The translations under genes were made by a program, and so were the position numbers. From positions 1 to 64,000 of the IMG/VR virus record IMGVR_UViG_3300010371_000028: 64,000 nucleotides of DNA; one strand, given 5' to 3'. Under the pieces are notes generated by a model. It was given only the letters and a program-made list of their open reading frames with translations. It made no database searches and had not been told where the DNA came from. The stretch comes from a virus. Shown in pieces: positions 63,622 to 64,000 of the stretch (position 1 is the first letter of the stretch; each line of letters begins with the position of its first letter).

Positions 63622-63685
63622 CTCGGCCTCCTCGCGCTGTCATGATGGGCGGGTGAGTAGAACTTCGGCCCGCGGCGGCGAACCG

Positions 63686-63877
63686 GTGCCTGAAGAGTTC
63701 GGCGAACTCGCTACGTTCAACGGGCGCATTGCCGACGATTCCGCGGTTGCGCCGGAGTGCGCGGCGCGGATGGCCCTGGTGCAGGGGCGGTTCGACGTGT
63801 GGCTCGCCTCGAAGCTCGAGGGTATGGGCTTCCGGCCCGTGGAGGGCTCCGATGACGTGTGGGTGTTGGAAGCGTGA
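63686..63877 (+). CDS. Small antisense hypothetical protein
   Basis: MPEEFGELATFNG...; stop abuts the convergent gene's stop (TGACTA). Confidence 0.4.
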   Translation: MPEEFGELATFNGRIADDSAVAPECAARMALVQGRFDVWLASKLEGMGFRPVEGSDDVWVLEA

Positions 63878-64000
63878 CTACGGTTGTTGGCCGACGTTTG
63901 TCTGCTGCTTGAGCCTGATGCGCTTGTCCAGATCGTTGCGCATCCGCTTGGCGGCCCGCTTGTCCCGTAGGCCGAGGGTGGCCGCGATCGCGCTCCACGG
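63878..64000 (-). CDS. 3' end of an HTH-like protein, truncated by window edge
   Basis: PWSAIAATLGLRDKRAAKRMRNDL...QQP*. Confidence 0.55.
   Translation of the reverse strand, partial: PWSAIAATLGLRDKRAAKRMRNDLDKRIRLKQQTNVGQQP

Larger units (their letters stand above)
1..64000 (-). mobile_element. Temperate actinobacteriophage genome segment (Siphoviridae-like), apparently with an intact attP
   Basis: Portal, capsid, tail tube, tape measure, endolysin, integrase, repressor/cro and replication genes in canonical temperate-phage order. No housekeeping genes at either edge. Confidence 0.95.

Noticed and set aside
40-63998. Numerous long plus-strand and alternate-frame ORFs (e.g. 44602..47520, 54501..57023, 60271..63003, 34085..36526)
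   Set aside because: Antisense or off-frame shadows expected at about 70% GC; no motifs, and they overlap well-supported genes.
1-64000. CRISPR array, rRNA, IS transposase, terminase
   Set aside because: No regularly spaced repeat-spacer array, rRNA-like sequence, DDE/transposase motif or terminase Walker/nuclease motif was found by eye; terminase probably lies beyond 64000.

Overview
The whole 64-kb window is one temperate, siphovirus-like phage of a high-GC actinobacterium (WhiB, GH25 lysin, Streptomyces-type codon usage). No host chromosomal genes are recognisable. Almost all genes lie on the minus strand. Read right to left the order is: head module (portal fused to MuF-like and 2H-phosphoesterase domains, small glycosyltransferase, HAD phosphatase, XkdF-like protease, large scaffold-like protein, major capsid), head-tail joining genes, tail tube, tail chaperone, 1320-aa tape measure, tail-tip/receptor-binding proteins, lysis genes, accessory genes, attP-like core (3' end of tRNA-Leu), tyrosine integrase, repressor/cro switch, then a long early operon (Xis-like, HNH-AP2, RecE/RecT-like, RusA, replication initiator, DnaB, DNA methyltransferase, WhiB, HTH regulators). 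The att core has phage genes on both sides, which suggests the excised or virion form. The terminase is not in the window. The most striking observation is in the head module: several genes, including the major capsid gene, have well-placed Shine-Dalgarno sites followed by near-cognate codons (ATA, ATC, CTG, ACG) instead of ATG/GTG, while early and tail genes start normally. Other notable features are the portal-MuF-2H fusion, an antisense PIG-V-like membrane glycosyltransferase in the tail-tip cluster, and an antisense six-zinc-finger GIY-YIG-like nuclease gene in the head operon. Family names come from motif recognition only; no searches were run. Many starts were re-chosen by hand and differ from the ORF track.
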